This document shows, in pieces, positions 1-12,130 of a DNA stretch of 64,000 nucleotides (its first letter is position 1; each line of letters begins with the position of its first letter). Source of the stretch: a virus (Duplodnaviria > Heunggongvirae > Uroviricota > Caudoviricetes); IMG/VR virus record IMGVR_UViG_3300017585_000052, one strand, 5' to 3'. Made by a program: the position numbers and the translations under genes. The notes under the pieces were generated by a model. It made no database searches and was not told where the DNA came from. It worked only from the letters and a program-made list of their open reading frames with translations.

Positions 1-47
1 GTTCATGGAAAACTATTTGTTGCTCACGAACGTGTTGGAGACTTCTA

Positions 48-293
48 ATGGCACAAGAAGAAACTAAAGTTGAGGAAGTTAAGCCACAAGTTATAAGCGA
101 GGGGGCTACTAATGTGACTGCTAAACTAAAAAATCGTAAGAAAGTAAGCATAACTGGTTATGATTTGCAACTTGGCAAATTCGACTGTGATGATGGCGAA
201 ACCCGCGTTACAGACGATTTTACTGAGTTTACCTTGTCAAATGACGAAATGCACGACATAATCAATATGCTTAATTTTTCTACGAATGGCTAA
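48..293 (+). CDS. hypothetical protein
   Basis: Intact ORF ending in TAA. No recognisable motif. Confidence 0.35.
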   Translation: MAQEETKVEEVKPQVISEGATNVTAKLKNRKKVSITGYDLQLGKFDCDDGETRVTDDFTEFTLSNDEMHDIINMLNFSTNG

Positions 294-379
294 CATAAAA
301 CGAAAATTTTGTCTACATAATTACATTTATATCAATAAACGCAAACGCTATATAAACATTATGTTTGGAGGGATATAAA

Positions 380-586
380 TTGAAAACGACATCTATTCTA
401 AATCTGAGCACATACGATGCTACTGCGGACTCCGCACGTCTGACCTCTGAGTATATCAATAATACCTCTGCAAACTTTGATACTATTGATGAGGATTTAG
501 GCCCTTTCAAGGAGACTAATCTCTATGTTGATGAAGATGGAGATGTGTGCCAAAAGGACACCGATACTGATACCGCAAGTGAGTAA
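380..586 (+). CDS. small protein with C-terminal LYVDEDGDVCQ motif
   Basis: TTG start 7 nt after GGAGGG; ends in TAA. C-terminal motif is shared with the tail-fibre C-terminus at 18700-18740. Confidence 0.35.
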   Translation: MKTTSILNLSTYDATADSARLTSEYINNTSANFDTIDEDLGPFKETNLYVDEDGDVCQKDTDTDTASE

Positions 587-613
587 TTAAAGAGAATCTA
601 AGGAGAAAGGACT

Positions 614-1651
614 ATGTTTTTTACATTGATAATCCCAGCTTATAATCCGGGACAGATTATCAAGCTGTTTAATTCAATTATAGCACAACATGAACCAGAT
701 TTGCTTGTTATTGTCTGCGATGATAGACCAGATGACGAGATAAAGGACGTCACGGAACTATATGATAGACTGCTCAATATTAAGTATTGTCATACGAAGG
801 ATAGGGAAATGCACAGTCCGGGTAATACAAGGCTTGATGCTCTGCAATATGTGCCAGATGATACAGTCTATTTATTATTTGCAGATGATGATGATTATTT
901 TAACCCAGATATGTTGCCTAAAATAAAAAACAAACTTATACAAGAGAAAATGCCACCGATGGTTTTTACTGATGTGTATGCAGTAACGCTAAGACATGGG
1001 GTACAAGATATATACAACTTGAATAACTACGAACGCAAATTGCTATTATCGAAGGGCGTATTTTTACATGGAGTTTTTTATAGATGGGATTTTATAAAAA
1101 GCAATGGATGTACCTTCAAAGAGAATATATCCTCCCATGAAGATGGATATTTTAATGCCATGTGTATTAGCTCGTTAATATGTAATAATATGTAGGCTAT
1201 TGTATTTGGCGGGGTTGAGTTTTATAACTGGTTTAGGCACCCGGGTTCAATAACAGATTCAACCAGATATATTGTTGGTATTGAATATATAGAGAATTAT
1301 TTTGAAGGTTTTTTAGAAAGTATTACTGAGCCAATGTGTGAAAAATATATAAATACACATTCACATAGGGAGCAACTATATGAGGTATGTGCCAAAAATA
1401 TGCTACTCGCTTATTTTTATGTACAATATTCCGAATATATTGGAAATAGAAAAATAGCCGACAAAAATAAAGGACTGTATAAAGTCTATCTTGATTACGT
1501 GAACCATTCATTTGGCTCGCAAGATTCAGCTCTTGTAGACTTTGCATATCAGAACCCAAGTTTATATGAGCAAGCTAAATAGACCGCAACTAATGCAGGG
1601 TTTATCTCTGTCGAAACATAGTCATTCAAAGACTTTATAGATTCTTTATAA
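614..1651 (+). CDS. family 2 glycosyltransferase (GT-A fold)
   Basis: N-terminus IIPAYN...VIVCDDRPDD matches the GT2 signature. Single frame with in-frame TAG at 1193, 1580 and 1619; true stop TAA at 1649. Confidence 0.6.
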
Positions 1652-1675
1652 TATTTTAGTTGAAGGAGGATTCTC

Positions 1676-2316
1676 ATGGACGCTCTTACTCTACGAATTA
1701 GAGGAAAATATGTTGTACCAGATGTTAAAGAAATCCTCATTAGTTCTGCTTCCGATGTAAGCAAACTTCCTACTTCTACAACCGCTGGCACATTTGATAA
1801 TGTTAATGCTAATTACCCTGTCGGTGTGGGTTCAATAGCTTATACCGCAGATATGTCAAGTGTATACCAGTTAAATTTAGAAGATGAATGGGTTGAAGTG
1901 GCTTCTTCTGGCGGCAGTGGTGGCGGTGGCGGCGGCGCGACAATCTCTGTAGATGCCACGCTAAACACTCAATCCGCAAATCCTATCGCTAATAGCGCAG
2001 TCGCCACTAAATTTAATGAAATAGAAGATGGAATTGATTAGGAAATAACTGCACGCGAGGAAGCTGACACTGCTGAGGCCACTGCTCGTGAAGAAGCAAT
2101 TACAGCAGAAGCTACCAATAGAGAAAAGGCTGATACTAACTTGGGAGACAGAATTGACATTCTGTCAGATACCGTTGAAACCGTTCAGGCTAAGTTAAAC
2201 GGTACCACCGTTTCTCTGCCAGAGGCAAGCATTTCTGATGTCGGCAAGGTGCTTCGTGTTGACGCTAATGGCTTCTGGGAGCTTGCTAAGTTAGAGACTA
2301 TTGGCGATATTACTTA
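1676..2316 (+). CDS. hypothetical structural (fibre-like) protein
   Basis: RBS AGGAGG. In-frame TAG at 2039, then the frame continues to TAA at 2314. Gly-rich linker SGGSGGGGGG. Confidence 0.45.
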
Positions 2317-2348
2317 ACTAATGAGATAAATAGCATCTAAGGGTAAAT

Positions 2349-2375
2349 GGCGATGTTTTTACATCGCCTTATATG
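2349..2375 (+). terminator. putative hairpin terminator
   Basis: Stem GGCGATGT/ACATCGCC followed by TTATAT. The U-tract is weak. Confidence 0.25.
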
Positions 2376-2448
2376 ACGGTATAAATGACGGTGTTATACC
2401 GTTCCTATTGGAACGTAATTTGTACCGCTATACAAGGTGATGAATATG

Positions 2449-2952
2449 AATCCCGGAAAACAATTTGAAAAGAATTTTGCCAATTCCGTACCGAAGGATG
2501 TTTACTTTATGCGGATTAAAGATTCAGCAAATAACTTTATGAGGACTTCTTCCTCCGCTTTTGCTACGAGCAACCCTTTTGACTGTTTTATGTTATATGA
2601 TGGAAACTTTATTCCAATAGAACTAAAAAGCACAAAAGGAACGAGTTTTAGTTTTTAGACAGAAGCGTGCGAAGATGGCAAAGATATTAAATATCACCAA
2701 ATTAAAAGTTTAGTTTAGGCTTAGACTTTTAAGAATGTTATTGCTGGATTTGTTTTTGATTTTCGTAATAGTGATACTTATTGGATGAGTATTACAGACT
2801 TTTATAAATTCTATTGCGAGACCTCTAAAAAAAGCATAAATGAGCAAGATATTATAAATAATAATGGAGTAGTAATTGACAAGAGACTTATGAAAGTCAA
2901 TTATAAATATGATATACAAGGGCTTTTAGATAATATAACGTCTAAAAGGTGA
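2449..2952 (+). CDS. putative PD-(D/E)XK family nuclease
   Basis: FDCFMLYDGNFIPIELK resembles a D..(E)xK nuclease core. Frame continues through TAG at 2656, 2719 and 2725 to TGA at 2950. Confidence 0.35.
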
Positions 2953-2983
2953 TGATATACTGTTACGTTAGGAGGTCTGATAA

Positions 2984-4060
2984 ATGGGACGAGGAACAGT
3001 ATACAATAATCTCTATACGCCTGAGATTTGGGCGAATGTTAATCCTGAAAACAAGGCTTTGTTAGATGACTTTGTTGCATACAAGAGAACGTCTGATAAA
3101 TCACCTCAGACGATAGAGCAATATTATCAAATGATACGCTTGTTCTTTTGTTGGAACTATACTTATAATAACAACAAATTCTTTGTAGATTTGAAAAAGA
3201 GAGATTTGGTTAGATTTTTCTCTTATGCAGTCGAAGTTATGGGTTGGTCATCTAATAGAACAGCAACAGTTAAATCTGCTTTAAGTTCGATGAGTAATTA
3301 TATTGAGAATATACTTGATGATGAGTACGAAGATTTCAGAAATATAGTTACTAAAATTGAGACAAGCGTTAAACAGCCAGTTAGAGAAAAGACTGTTCTC
3401 TCACAAGAGCAAGTAGACGATTGCCTAAATAAGTTGGTTCAAGCTGGAAAATATCAAATAGCTTGTTATATGGCTTTGGCTTGCGCTTGTGGAGCAAGAA
3501 AACAAGAGCTATTGAGATTCAAGGTCGATTATTTCAAGGACGAATATATTGAGTTTGGTTGCCTTTACAAAACTCCTGAAAAAATCAAAACTAAAGGTCG
3601 TTCATCTAAAGGGAAAATGATTTATAAGTATACATTTGTTAAAATGTTCAAACCGTATTTCGATTTATGGATGGATTACCGCAAAGAACATGGAATTGAA
3701 TCTGAATGGTTATTTGTTGTAAGGGATGGCGAAGGCGGTTATAGACAAGCCAGCGTTGCCTCGGCAAATAACTGGTGCGATGTAATTAGTGATATATTGG
3801 GAGAACCTTTTTATTCTCACGCCGCTCGTCATAGATTTGTTACTATGATGAAAGAAGCTAAACTTCCTGACGGAGTTATTGTCGCCATTATGGGTTGGGA
3901 AACAAGAAACGGTTCTGGTTTAAGCATGGTTGGAATTTATTCTGATTTAGATGAATCTGATATGCTTGCTGATTATTTTGATGAAGATGGAATTAAAAAG
4001 GATATTAAGGTTGGGACTATAACAGATATTGGTGGAACACAACCTAATTATAATAGGTAA
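2984..4060 (+). CDS. int: tyrosine recombinase / integrase
   Basis: Box I ACGARKQEL; box II HAARHRF; C-terminal GW..G.SMVGIYSDL with candidate catalytic Tyr. No internal TAG; strong RBS. Confidence 0.8.
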   Translation: MGRGTVYNNLYTPEIWANVNPENKALLDDFVAYKRTSDKSPQTIEQYYQMIRLFFCWNYTYNNNKFFVDLKKRDLVRFFSYAVEVMGWSSNRTATVKSALSSMSNYIENILDDEYEDFRNIVTKIETSVKQPVREKTVLSQEQVDDCLNKLVQAGKYQIACYMALACACGARKQELLRFKVDYFKDEYIEFGCLYKTPEKIKTKGRSSKGKMIYKYTFVKMFKPYFDLWMDYRKEHGIESEWLFVVRDGEGGYRQASVASANNWCDVISDILGEPFYSHAARHRFVTMMKEAKLPDGVIVAIMGWETRNGSGLSMVGIYSDLDESDMLADYFDEDGIKKDIKVGTITDIGGTQPNYNR

Positions 4061-4075
4061 CGAAAGGGGAAACTT

Positions 4076-4759
4076 ATGAAATTTAGTGAATTGCATGATA
4101 AACTTGCACAGCGCCAGTCTAATCTAATAACAGACCAAGACGTTATCAAGTGGTTATCCTCTAGTATAAAAATGAAGAAATATGTTCCCGTTATTCGCAA
4201 GTATGCAGTTATTGGTGTGATACAGAACACATATAAAACTCTTTTAGATGAAAATAACAAGGGAGACTTTGATATTGCATATCTAAATATGAGCTATGAT
4301 ATTGTTCGCACCATCAGGCTGCTACTTGAATATACGGATGTTGAATATTCTATGAGCGATATTACCATGAGTAATTATGATTTACTCTGCGGAACTAACT
4401 TCTACTCATACGTTATGCTTTATGCCAAAGAGGATTATGATAACTTTGTAGACAAATGCGACAGAGCTACAGGTATTCGTGATTTGCAGATTCTTCATGA
4501 AGTTGTTAATGAAATTGCAGACAAGTTTAATATTGATAACTTATCTAAAGTAAGAGAAGAAATTAACAAAATGGATATGCGTAAACTTGGACTATTGGAG
4601 TCTGTGGCTAAACTTAACGACCCAACTGTCGCTCAAATCGCTGACGTGATGAAAAAGCAAGCGGCAGTAGAGAGTATGAGTAAGGCACGGGATGAATCAT
4701 CGGATGAATCTAAAGAAGAAGTTGAGGGTGAATCCGATGAGCAGTTCAACGAAACTTAA
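4076..4759 (+). CDS. hypothetical protein with acidic C-terminus
   Basis: Intact ORF with RBS. Position upstream of the tape-measure gene suggests a chaperone or scaffold role, but no motif supports this. Confidence 0.45.
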   Translation: MKFSELHDKLAQRQSNLITDQDVIKWLSSSIKMKKYVPVIRKYAVIGVIQNTYKTLLDENNKGDFDIAYLNMSYDIVRTIRLLLEYTDVEYSMSDITMSNYDLLCGTNFYSYVMLYAKEDYDNFVDKCDRATGIRDLQILHEVVNEIADKFNIDNLSKVREEINKMDMRKLGLLESVAKLNDPTVAQIADVMKKQAAVESMSKARDESSDESKEEVEGESDEQFNET

Positions 4760-5312
4760 AAATACTTACGCAGCAAAACAGTTCATGAAAGCGTATAATC
4801 AACAGTTAGATAGTCTACAAAAAAGGTTGTCTAAATTGGTTGAGAAGATAGCTAAAGAAACTGTTTCTCGCGTTCAGGACTATATAAGAATAAATTACTA
4901 CGAAATGTACCCAGAAGGGGATAATTATGAGCGACTTGGTATGAATGGCGGTTTTATGGGAGCCATAACCTATGATTTTGACCCGTCAGGGCCAAGCGCT
5001 ACAATTTATTTTGATGCTTTCAAACTTGTATTTGGGCATAAAGGCAGCAAAGTTTTACCATCGCATATTGAGGCTGGACAACATTTCACGCAAGGATTAT
5101 ATGACTATATGATGCTCGGAGAATGGCCTTCGGGAAAACAATCAAACACGGTGGCCCCAAACTTTACTGGCCTTAATACGTATGGTGAAATGGATGACGC
5201 TATAACAGACTGGCTGAATGATTATATATCTGATAGGGTTTGGCAAGCTATGAGTGACTCTGGTTTATATATGTCTAAATCAAGCTTTGTACACGTTTGG
5301 AGTAATGGATAA
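4737..5312 (+). CDS. hypothetical protein
   Basis: Start taken at the internal ATG preceded by GAGGGTGAA. Overlaps the previous gene in another frame. Confidence 0.45.
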   Translation: MSSSTKLKNTYAAKQFMKAYNQQLDSLQKRLSKLVEKIAKETVSRVQDYIRINYYEMYPEGDNYERLGMNGGFMGAITYDFDPSGPSATIYFDAFKLVFGHKGSKVLPSHIEAGQHFTQGLYDYMMLGEWPSGKQSNTVAPNFTGLNTYGEMDDAITDWLNDYISDRVWQAMSDSGLYMSKSSFVHVWSNG

Positions 5313-5343
5313 GGAGGTGGAGTAATTGGCAGTAAATGACATT

Positions 5344-8300
5344 ATGTTTTAGATTGGCCTTGGTATCAATGGGCAGCAAGCCCAAGTTGACATGGAGGAC
5401 GTTATTGACAAACTTTGTAAAGCTGTCGAAAATGAAGGCATAACAGTTCCTGTTAATATAGATAAGACGGCAGACGATGCGCTAGAACAATTAAATAAGT
5501 TCCTGCAATCTATTGGTGCGCGTGTCAATGTTGTAAAAGACTCAACAACTGGCCTTATATCAGCTATCAACGTAGGAATACCAAAAGCCAATGGGCAATG
5601 GGCTAATCTTCACCAGACAATAGTAGACGTTGGGACTGCTATTAACGGTGTGACTAAACTTGAAAGCGGAGACATTTTTTCGGTTCTCAGTGGCTCTGAG
5701 CAGTCTGGGACAAGAGCGACTTCACTGATAAATGAAGTCGTAAGTCTAACACAGAAAAGAATAGACTTGCAAAAACAACTTGCGAACGAAATTGTTAATG
5801 GAGATTCAAAAGCTCAGACCAGTTTACAAAACCAAATCACAAAAGTACAACAAAAAATAGACTTAAAGACAGAAGAAATACAGCAATATCAACAAGAAGC
5901 TAATGCACTTGGAGCTACAACTGATTATATAGATAATCTTAACGCAAGAATATCTGAACTTCATCAATTAACTGGTCAAGAAAATTTTGTTTTAGGTAGT
6001 TCGACAGATTTATAGAATCTAAACACAAGAGTGAAAGATATTACTTCTACTCTGCAAGAATTTTCTGATATTGCTAAAAAGGCTCTAAATTCAAGTTCCA
6101 ATGATTCCACCTTTAAGTTTTATATAGGGCAGTTGCAAGCCTTGTCTCCTGAGATTGATTCAATTAAACAAGATATGGAGAATCTCGGAGTAACATTTGA
6201 CAAGCAAGGCGCACATTACACTGGAAATCAACAAGCCTTACAAAATCTAACAGAGGCTTATAATAAATATGCGGCAGCGGTAAATGAAGTTGGTACTAAG
6301 GTTTCAGAGAAAAATGCTATTGCCAATCAAAAGCAAGACATTCAAGAACTTAGCACAGCATTGACTGAATACTACAAACATAAAAAGTAGCTTGAAAATG
6401 CCGACACCAACGCAACTAAAACAGTTGAGCAAGCGGCATTACAACAACTTGAACAGAAATATGGAGATATATTAACTCGTGTTCAAGCGTATTCTAACGC
6501 TTTGTCTCAAACTGGACAAACTTCTACGCAAGTATATTCCCAAAATACGCAAGCCGCTGAGAAATTAGTCCAAAAACAGAAAGAGTTACAAAGTTCCCTT
6601 GAAAGAACACAAGCTATTAACAAGGACGCTGCTGACGATGCTGCCATAATTGAACAAACGGTTCAAGCGTATAAGGCGTATCGTGATTAGCTTGATAAGG
6701 TATACGCTCTAAAAAAAGAAAACGCCACAGGCGTTGATATTAAGTCAGAAACGACTCAATTAGAGCAATTAGAAAAACAGTATAAAAATTTAGAGCAAAC
6801 CGTACTGTCTAATGGAGAAGCTGTTAGATAGAATACGGAATATAATAGAGACAAAAACCAAGTGACGCGAGAGTCTATTCAAAATCAGAAAGCTCTCAAT
6901 GTTACAATGCAAAACCAGAGTTTGTCAGATTTGGTAGCTGAAACTATTGAGTACACCGTAAGTTTGTAGAGTTTACAGAAAGTCCTCGAAAGCGTAAAAG
7001 ATGAAGTATTTTCTCTAAATGAAGCAATGACTAATATCAGATTAGTTACTGGTGATACGGCAGAAAATACACGAGAACTAATGTCAACTTATTCTGACAT
7101 CGCAAAAGAGCTTGGTTCAACGACAACAGCAGTTGCCGAGTCCGCTGATAGCTGGTTGAGACAGGGCTATACGATAGAAGAAACCAATGAACTAATTGAA
7201 GCATCTTCAAGTCTTGCCACTATTGGCGCAATGTCAGCAGAAGATGCAAGCACGAGTCTAATTTCTGTTATGAATGGTTATAAAGTTTCGGCAGAAGATG
7301 CGATGAGTATTGTTGATAAATTGACAACGCTTGATATTAACCTTGCAAGTGGTTCGGATGATATTGCTATCGCAATGAGTAAGACTGCCGCTTCTGCCGC
7401 CGATGCTGGTGTTGAGTTAGATAAAATGCTTGCAATCCTTGGAGTCACTTAGGACAGGACTCAACAAGCTGCCGAAACTATTGGTAGAGCTTGGAACTCC
7501 ATCTTGCAACGAATGAACAAGATTAGCGCTGGCAAGGATGTCTCTGACACTGGCGCCTCCCTAAGAAAATTTGGGGCATTATAGAAATATAATGAAAATT
7601 CTCTCTAATGATTATCTTTATTAGATATGCTTGAAAACCCGATTGGACGGGCAACAGGGAGGAAGATTATGAAATCACCTTGAACGACTAAATGAGAGAA
7701 CCATATATAGATATATGGATGTGATAGTCTGAACACCGATATATTCCAATTATACAAGTCGGTGAGAGATGGTCGAGCGTAAAGACGCTCTTGGAAGTAC
7801 CATCTCCGCTTATCTTTTAGATAAGTTATAAAGTAACAGAATGAAATGATGTTGATAAGGTACTTTCTAAGGTCGGTATTAGCCTTCGTGATGAAAACGG
7901 TATTCTTCGTGAGAGCGGAGAGGTTTTGGACGAGATTGCTGCCAAATGGGAAACACTCGACAAGAATCAACAATCTCAGGTTGCAACGGCAGTTGCGGGT
8001 ACAAACCAAGCTAATATATTCAGAAGCACGATGGCGAATTACGATATGGTGTTAGAGCAGACCGTTGCTTCACAAGAAGCAAGCGGCTCCACTATGGAGC
8101 GTATGGCTGTCTACACTGAATCGCTCGAAGCTAAAGTAAATAGACTCAAAACCTCATGGACTGCCCTTGTTAATGATTTAGACTTACAGGGCATATTTAG
8201 TGAGGCCATTGATTTAGCGACAAGAGCTATTGAGGTACTCGATTATATATTAACAAAAATTCCCGGAGTGTCAGAATTAGTACAAACATTATTAAAACTC

Positions 8301-11300
8301 GAAGCCGTCAATGTTGTATTGGGCGGTATATCTAAAGCTGCCAACCATTTACTTGGAGCCGATGGTATTGGTGGATTATTCAGTGGATTTTTGGACTTCA
8401 AGGTCGTACTTGAAGGAATAAACAACGGCATGACTAAAACTGTTGTAGGTTTTACAAAAGGTGCAAGCGCGTCAACTATTCTCGGCAATACTATTGGAAC
8501 CATGGCAAAACAATTTACTGCTGCTGGTGGTGGAATTACTGGCATAGTTTCTGCAATAAGTTCTTTTGTCAGCTTGCATCCAGCAATAACTGCCGTTGCT
8601 GTCGCACTTGGAGCAGCATATGCAGCATACAAGATTTGGGATGCAAACTTTAATCCCGAAACAAAGATTGAAAATGCCAAAGAAGCGTACCAACAGTATG
8701 CTGACGAAATTACCGAAATCAACTCTTAGATTGCAGAGCTTGAAGATAAATCCGAGGCAATAACTTCGCAAGAAAACTTGACCTAGGCTCAAAAAGATTA
8801 TAATGTCGAGCTTGAAAAGACTATTGCCAATCTCAAAAATGAAAAAGCCGCCAAAGAAGAAATGCAACTCACTGAATTGCACAATTAGGCTTCGGCAGAG
8901 GGGGACGAGGCTCGTTCTACAAGTTTTTGGACTGGCAAATCAGAATACGATTCTACCCTTCAAGATATAAAGTACGCGCGTACAGATAAAGATAAATCTG
9001 AGGCAGAAGAAGAAGCCAATGATTTAATCGACACATACGAGAGCTACATAGATACTTTAGATGCTGTTGTCGAGGCTGGCGGGGAACTTACTGACGAGGA
9101 AAAAGAAAACCAAGAACTGTATGAAGAACGCATACAAACCCTGCTTATGCTCACTGACGAGACACAAGCATATGCAAGAGCAATAACCAATAATGATGAT
9201 ATTGCATCTAAATTGTCTGAGGTAAAGCAGAAAATAACAGACAATGCCACCGCTTACCAAAAGGCCCGCGAGGTAATTGAACAAGCCGTCACGGATGAAA
9301 TCAATGCTTCTGGTAAATAGTATACCGCGCAAGAGCGTGTTAATTTAATATACGAGGCTACCGAGCAGATTTTAAGCAACTACGGCTTTACACTCCAATC
9401 TGTCGCAGATAATAATGACACCGTTACAGACTCCTATTCTTCGCAAGCAGAGGCAATGGAGTCATATATAAGCACAATCAAAAGTCTTGAATCGAGCGAA
9501 GAAACGCTTTAGACTGCATTTAATGAAATGACTGAAAGCGGAGAAATTCAGGCAGATACAATGTCTGATTTGATTGCCGCTTATCCAGAACTTGCTAACT
9601 CCGTTGAAATCGTTGATGGAGCAATGCAGATTAACCTCCAAACTCTTAGCGACACAGCTTCTGCACAATACGAAACCGCAGCAGCAGCAGCAGAGGCGCA
9701 AGCCAATAATACTGAAGCGGTAATGAATCAAGTCTCTGCTCGACTGGAATTATATGGTATAGAGGCGCAAGCACTTTCGGCACTTGCTGGCGGTCAAATG
9801 ACTGCAAATCAAGCGGCGTTACAAGCGGCAGACTAGGCGGTAAAGACTGGACAAATCTCCGAAGATGAGTATGATATAATCTACAATGGAGCCGCTGCTG
9901 CCGCCGAACAATATGTTGGCCTTGCAGAAGGCATGGCGCAAGCTCAAAAGAATATCGAAGCTCTTAGAGCAAAAGCAAGCGGTGGGCTTTCTTATACTGG
10001 TTCTAAAAGTAAGTCATCTGGCAGTTCCTCTGGGAGCACGGCAAAAGACGAAGCCTCCGATGCTCGTAAAGAGGCGTATGACCTCGAAAAATCTCGTTAC
10101 GAGCAAACCCAGAACGAATTAGAACTTGAAAAATCTAAACTTGAAGCGCAACAAGATTAGATTGAGAATGAAAAGTCTGCGTTAGAAATAAAGAAGTCTG
10201 AATTAGAGTTACAAAAAGAACTCAAAGAGCAACAATTAGAAGTATTACAAGATGAAGAAGATTCTTTGGATAATATCTTGGATTTGATTAAAGAAATGAC
10301 AGACCAAGATTATGAGAACCTAAAGACTAATCTTGAAAACATATCTGACTATATTGACACATTCCGAGATGTTCTTTCTGACGTTAAAGACACCTACGAT
10401 GATATTGTAGATGACGCTAAAGAAAAATTAAAAGCAGAAAAAGAAGCCGCTGATAATCAAAAGAAGCTACAGGAGAAATCTCAAAAGGTTGCAGAAATTC
10501 AAGCTCAACTTGCAGAGATTCAATTCGATGATTCTTCTGATGCACAGAACAAGAGGGTAGAGTTGACTTCACAACTGAATGAAGCCATGCAAGACTTAAA
10601 TGACGAAGCGTCTGATTAGGCTTACGACACTGCTGTTGACGCCTTAGACAATACGGAAGATAAAGTCGATTAGGTTTTTGAAGCTATTGATACGATACTC
10701 GAATCTTCTCAGGGTGTAATAGAGGAATATGTCAATTATATTTCTGACGTATTACAATCTGACGGTAATTTGTACCAAGCTGCGTTGGCTCAATTTAGTG
10801 CTGCTGACGAACAATCTCGTCAAGAGCTATATAATAGACTACAAGAATATAATGCACAATATGGTGACGGTATCGAAGCTAATGTCACTAAGAAGTGGGA
10901 AGATGCTCTAACTGCATATAATAAGTACGCAGAAGCCACTGGTTCTACCGATACTGGTACTATACGTAATTATATGTAGACTCAGGATAATACTCTAACC
11001 GCAAGCATTAAAACTGATGAGCAAGCTATTAACACTTTAGATAACCAAATTAGCCAGCTTGAAATAGATATAAGCAAATTCGACCAGTCTATTTCTGATG
11101 TTGAGTCTCAAATCAATAATGTAAAATTGGCTTTAGACCAATTAGAGATAGATTATAACGGTCAGGAATTAACTATATCTGGTGTTACTGCTGCCACACA
11201 AGAAGAAATAAATGCAAAGGCTGGTGTAACTGCCGCTACTAATGATAATACAACCGCATTAAATGACAATACAGTTGCACAACAAGAAGAAGAACAAGTT

Positions 11301-12032
11301 ACAACTTAGGTCGCTGACGCTATGAGTGACACCGAGTATAGTGCCACTGGTGCATCTGACTCGTTAGACAAGGTAGATTCTTCTGCCTCAAATGCAGACA
11401 CTGGACTTGGCACACTGACTTCAAGTGCCGATGCTGCTGCTGGCGCATTAGACGGAGTTGCCGCTTCTGCGTCTGGGGTAGACACGGGAACTTCTTCTAC
11501 TGGCAGCACAAGTACATTAGGCAATCTATTTACATTCTTAACTGGTGGTGGAGATTTGTCGAACGTATTTGCGAGTTATCTTGGTAGAGCAATAACTAAA
11601 TATGTTCCTAAAGGAATCAAGGCTTTGGCAAGTATTGCCGTTGCATCTAATCATGAAGGAACAGATTATGTTACTAAGGCCAATTCTTGGTTGGATGACA
11701 TGCTGGGATTAGGCAATGATGAAACCGCTCGTGTCCTTAAAGTCGGTGAAGCTATTATCCCTGATTACGCAAACAACATATCACTTACACAAGTAGATAA
11801 ACCGTTTAGCGGAGCGTCCGCTATAAATCATCCTAATACTTCAAATATATCTAATAGCAACAGTTCTCTAAACATTGATATGGGTGATTTGGATATTAGT
11901 GGAATTGATAGCGAAGCGTTAAGAAACGAGTTACAATCTATTAAGAACGAAGCTACTGACGAAGTGTATAGCACTTTGTATCGCTATATTAAAGTTGGCG
12001 GTTATCGCAATGTAAGAAGATTATACGCATAA
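5344..12032 (+). CDS. tail tape measure protein, TAG-recoded and interrupted by an intron-like insert
   Basis: About 20 ORF fragments share one frame (mod 3 = 1 up to about 7580, mod 3 = 0 from about 7857), separated only by in-frame TAG. Terminal stop is TAA at 12030. Classic tape-measure motif KVGISLRDENGILRESGEVLDEIAAKW at 7866; alpha-helical Q/A/E-rich composition. Confidence 0.7.
7585..7850 (+). other. putative self-splicing (group I-like) intron in the tape-measure gene
   Basis: TAA/TGA stops in all frames and a reading-frame change between flanking exons. Strong local hairpins GAGATGGT...ACCATCTC and GAGCGT...ACGCTC. Boundaries are approximate. Confidence 0.35.
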
Positions 12033-12130
12033 TATAGATTATTCCTGATACTGATTTTTCTTTAGATGCAGAGAAGTTAAGTCAGGGTTTATTATATAAA
12101 TCTAAGAAAAACAAAAGGTGGTGAAAGATA

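Noticed and set aside
4076-5312. Treating the overlapping ORFs 4076-4759 and 4692-5312 as a G/GT-type programmed frameshift chaperone pair.
   Set aside because: The second ORF has its own RBS-preceded ATG at 4737. The required shift would be +1 and no slippery site was seen. Left as two hypothetical genes.
7605-9731. Minus-strand ORFs inside the tape-measure region (7605-8009, 8243-8722, 8472-8882, 9057-9332, 9462-9731), plus 14144-14452 and 14841-15191 inside the Tal-like gene.
   Set aside because: They are antisense to strongly supported coding frames and have low-complexity or Cys-rich nonsense composition.
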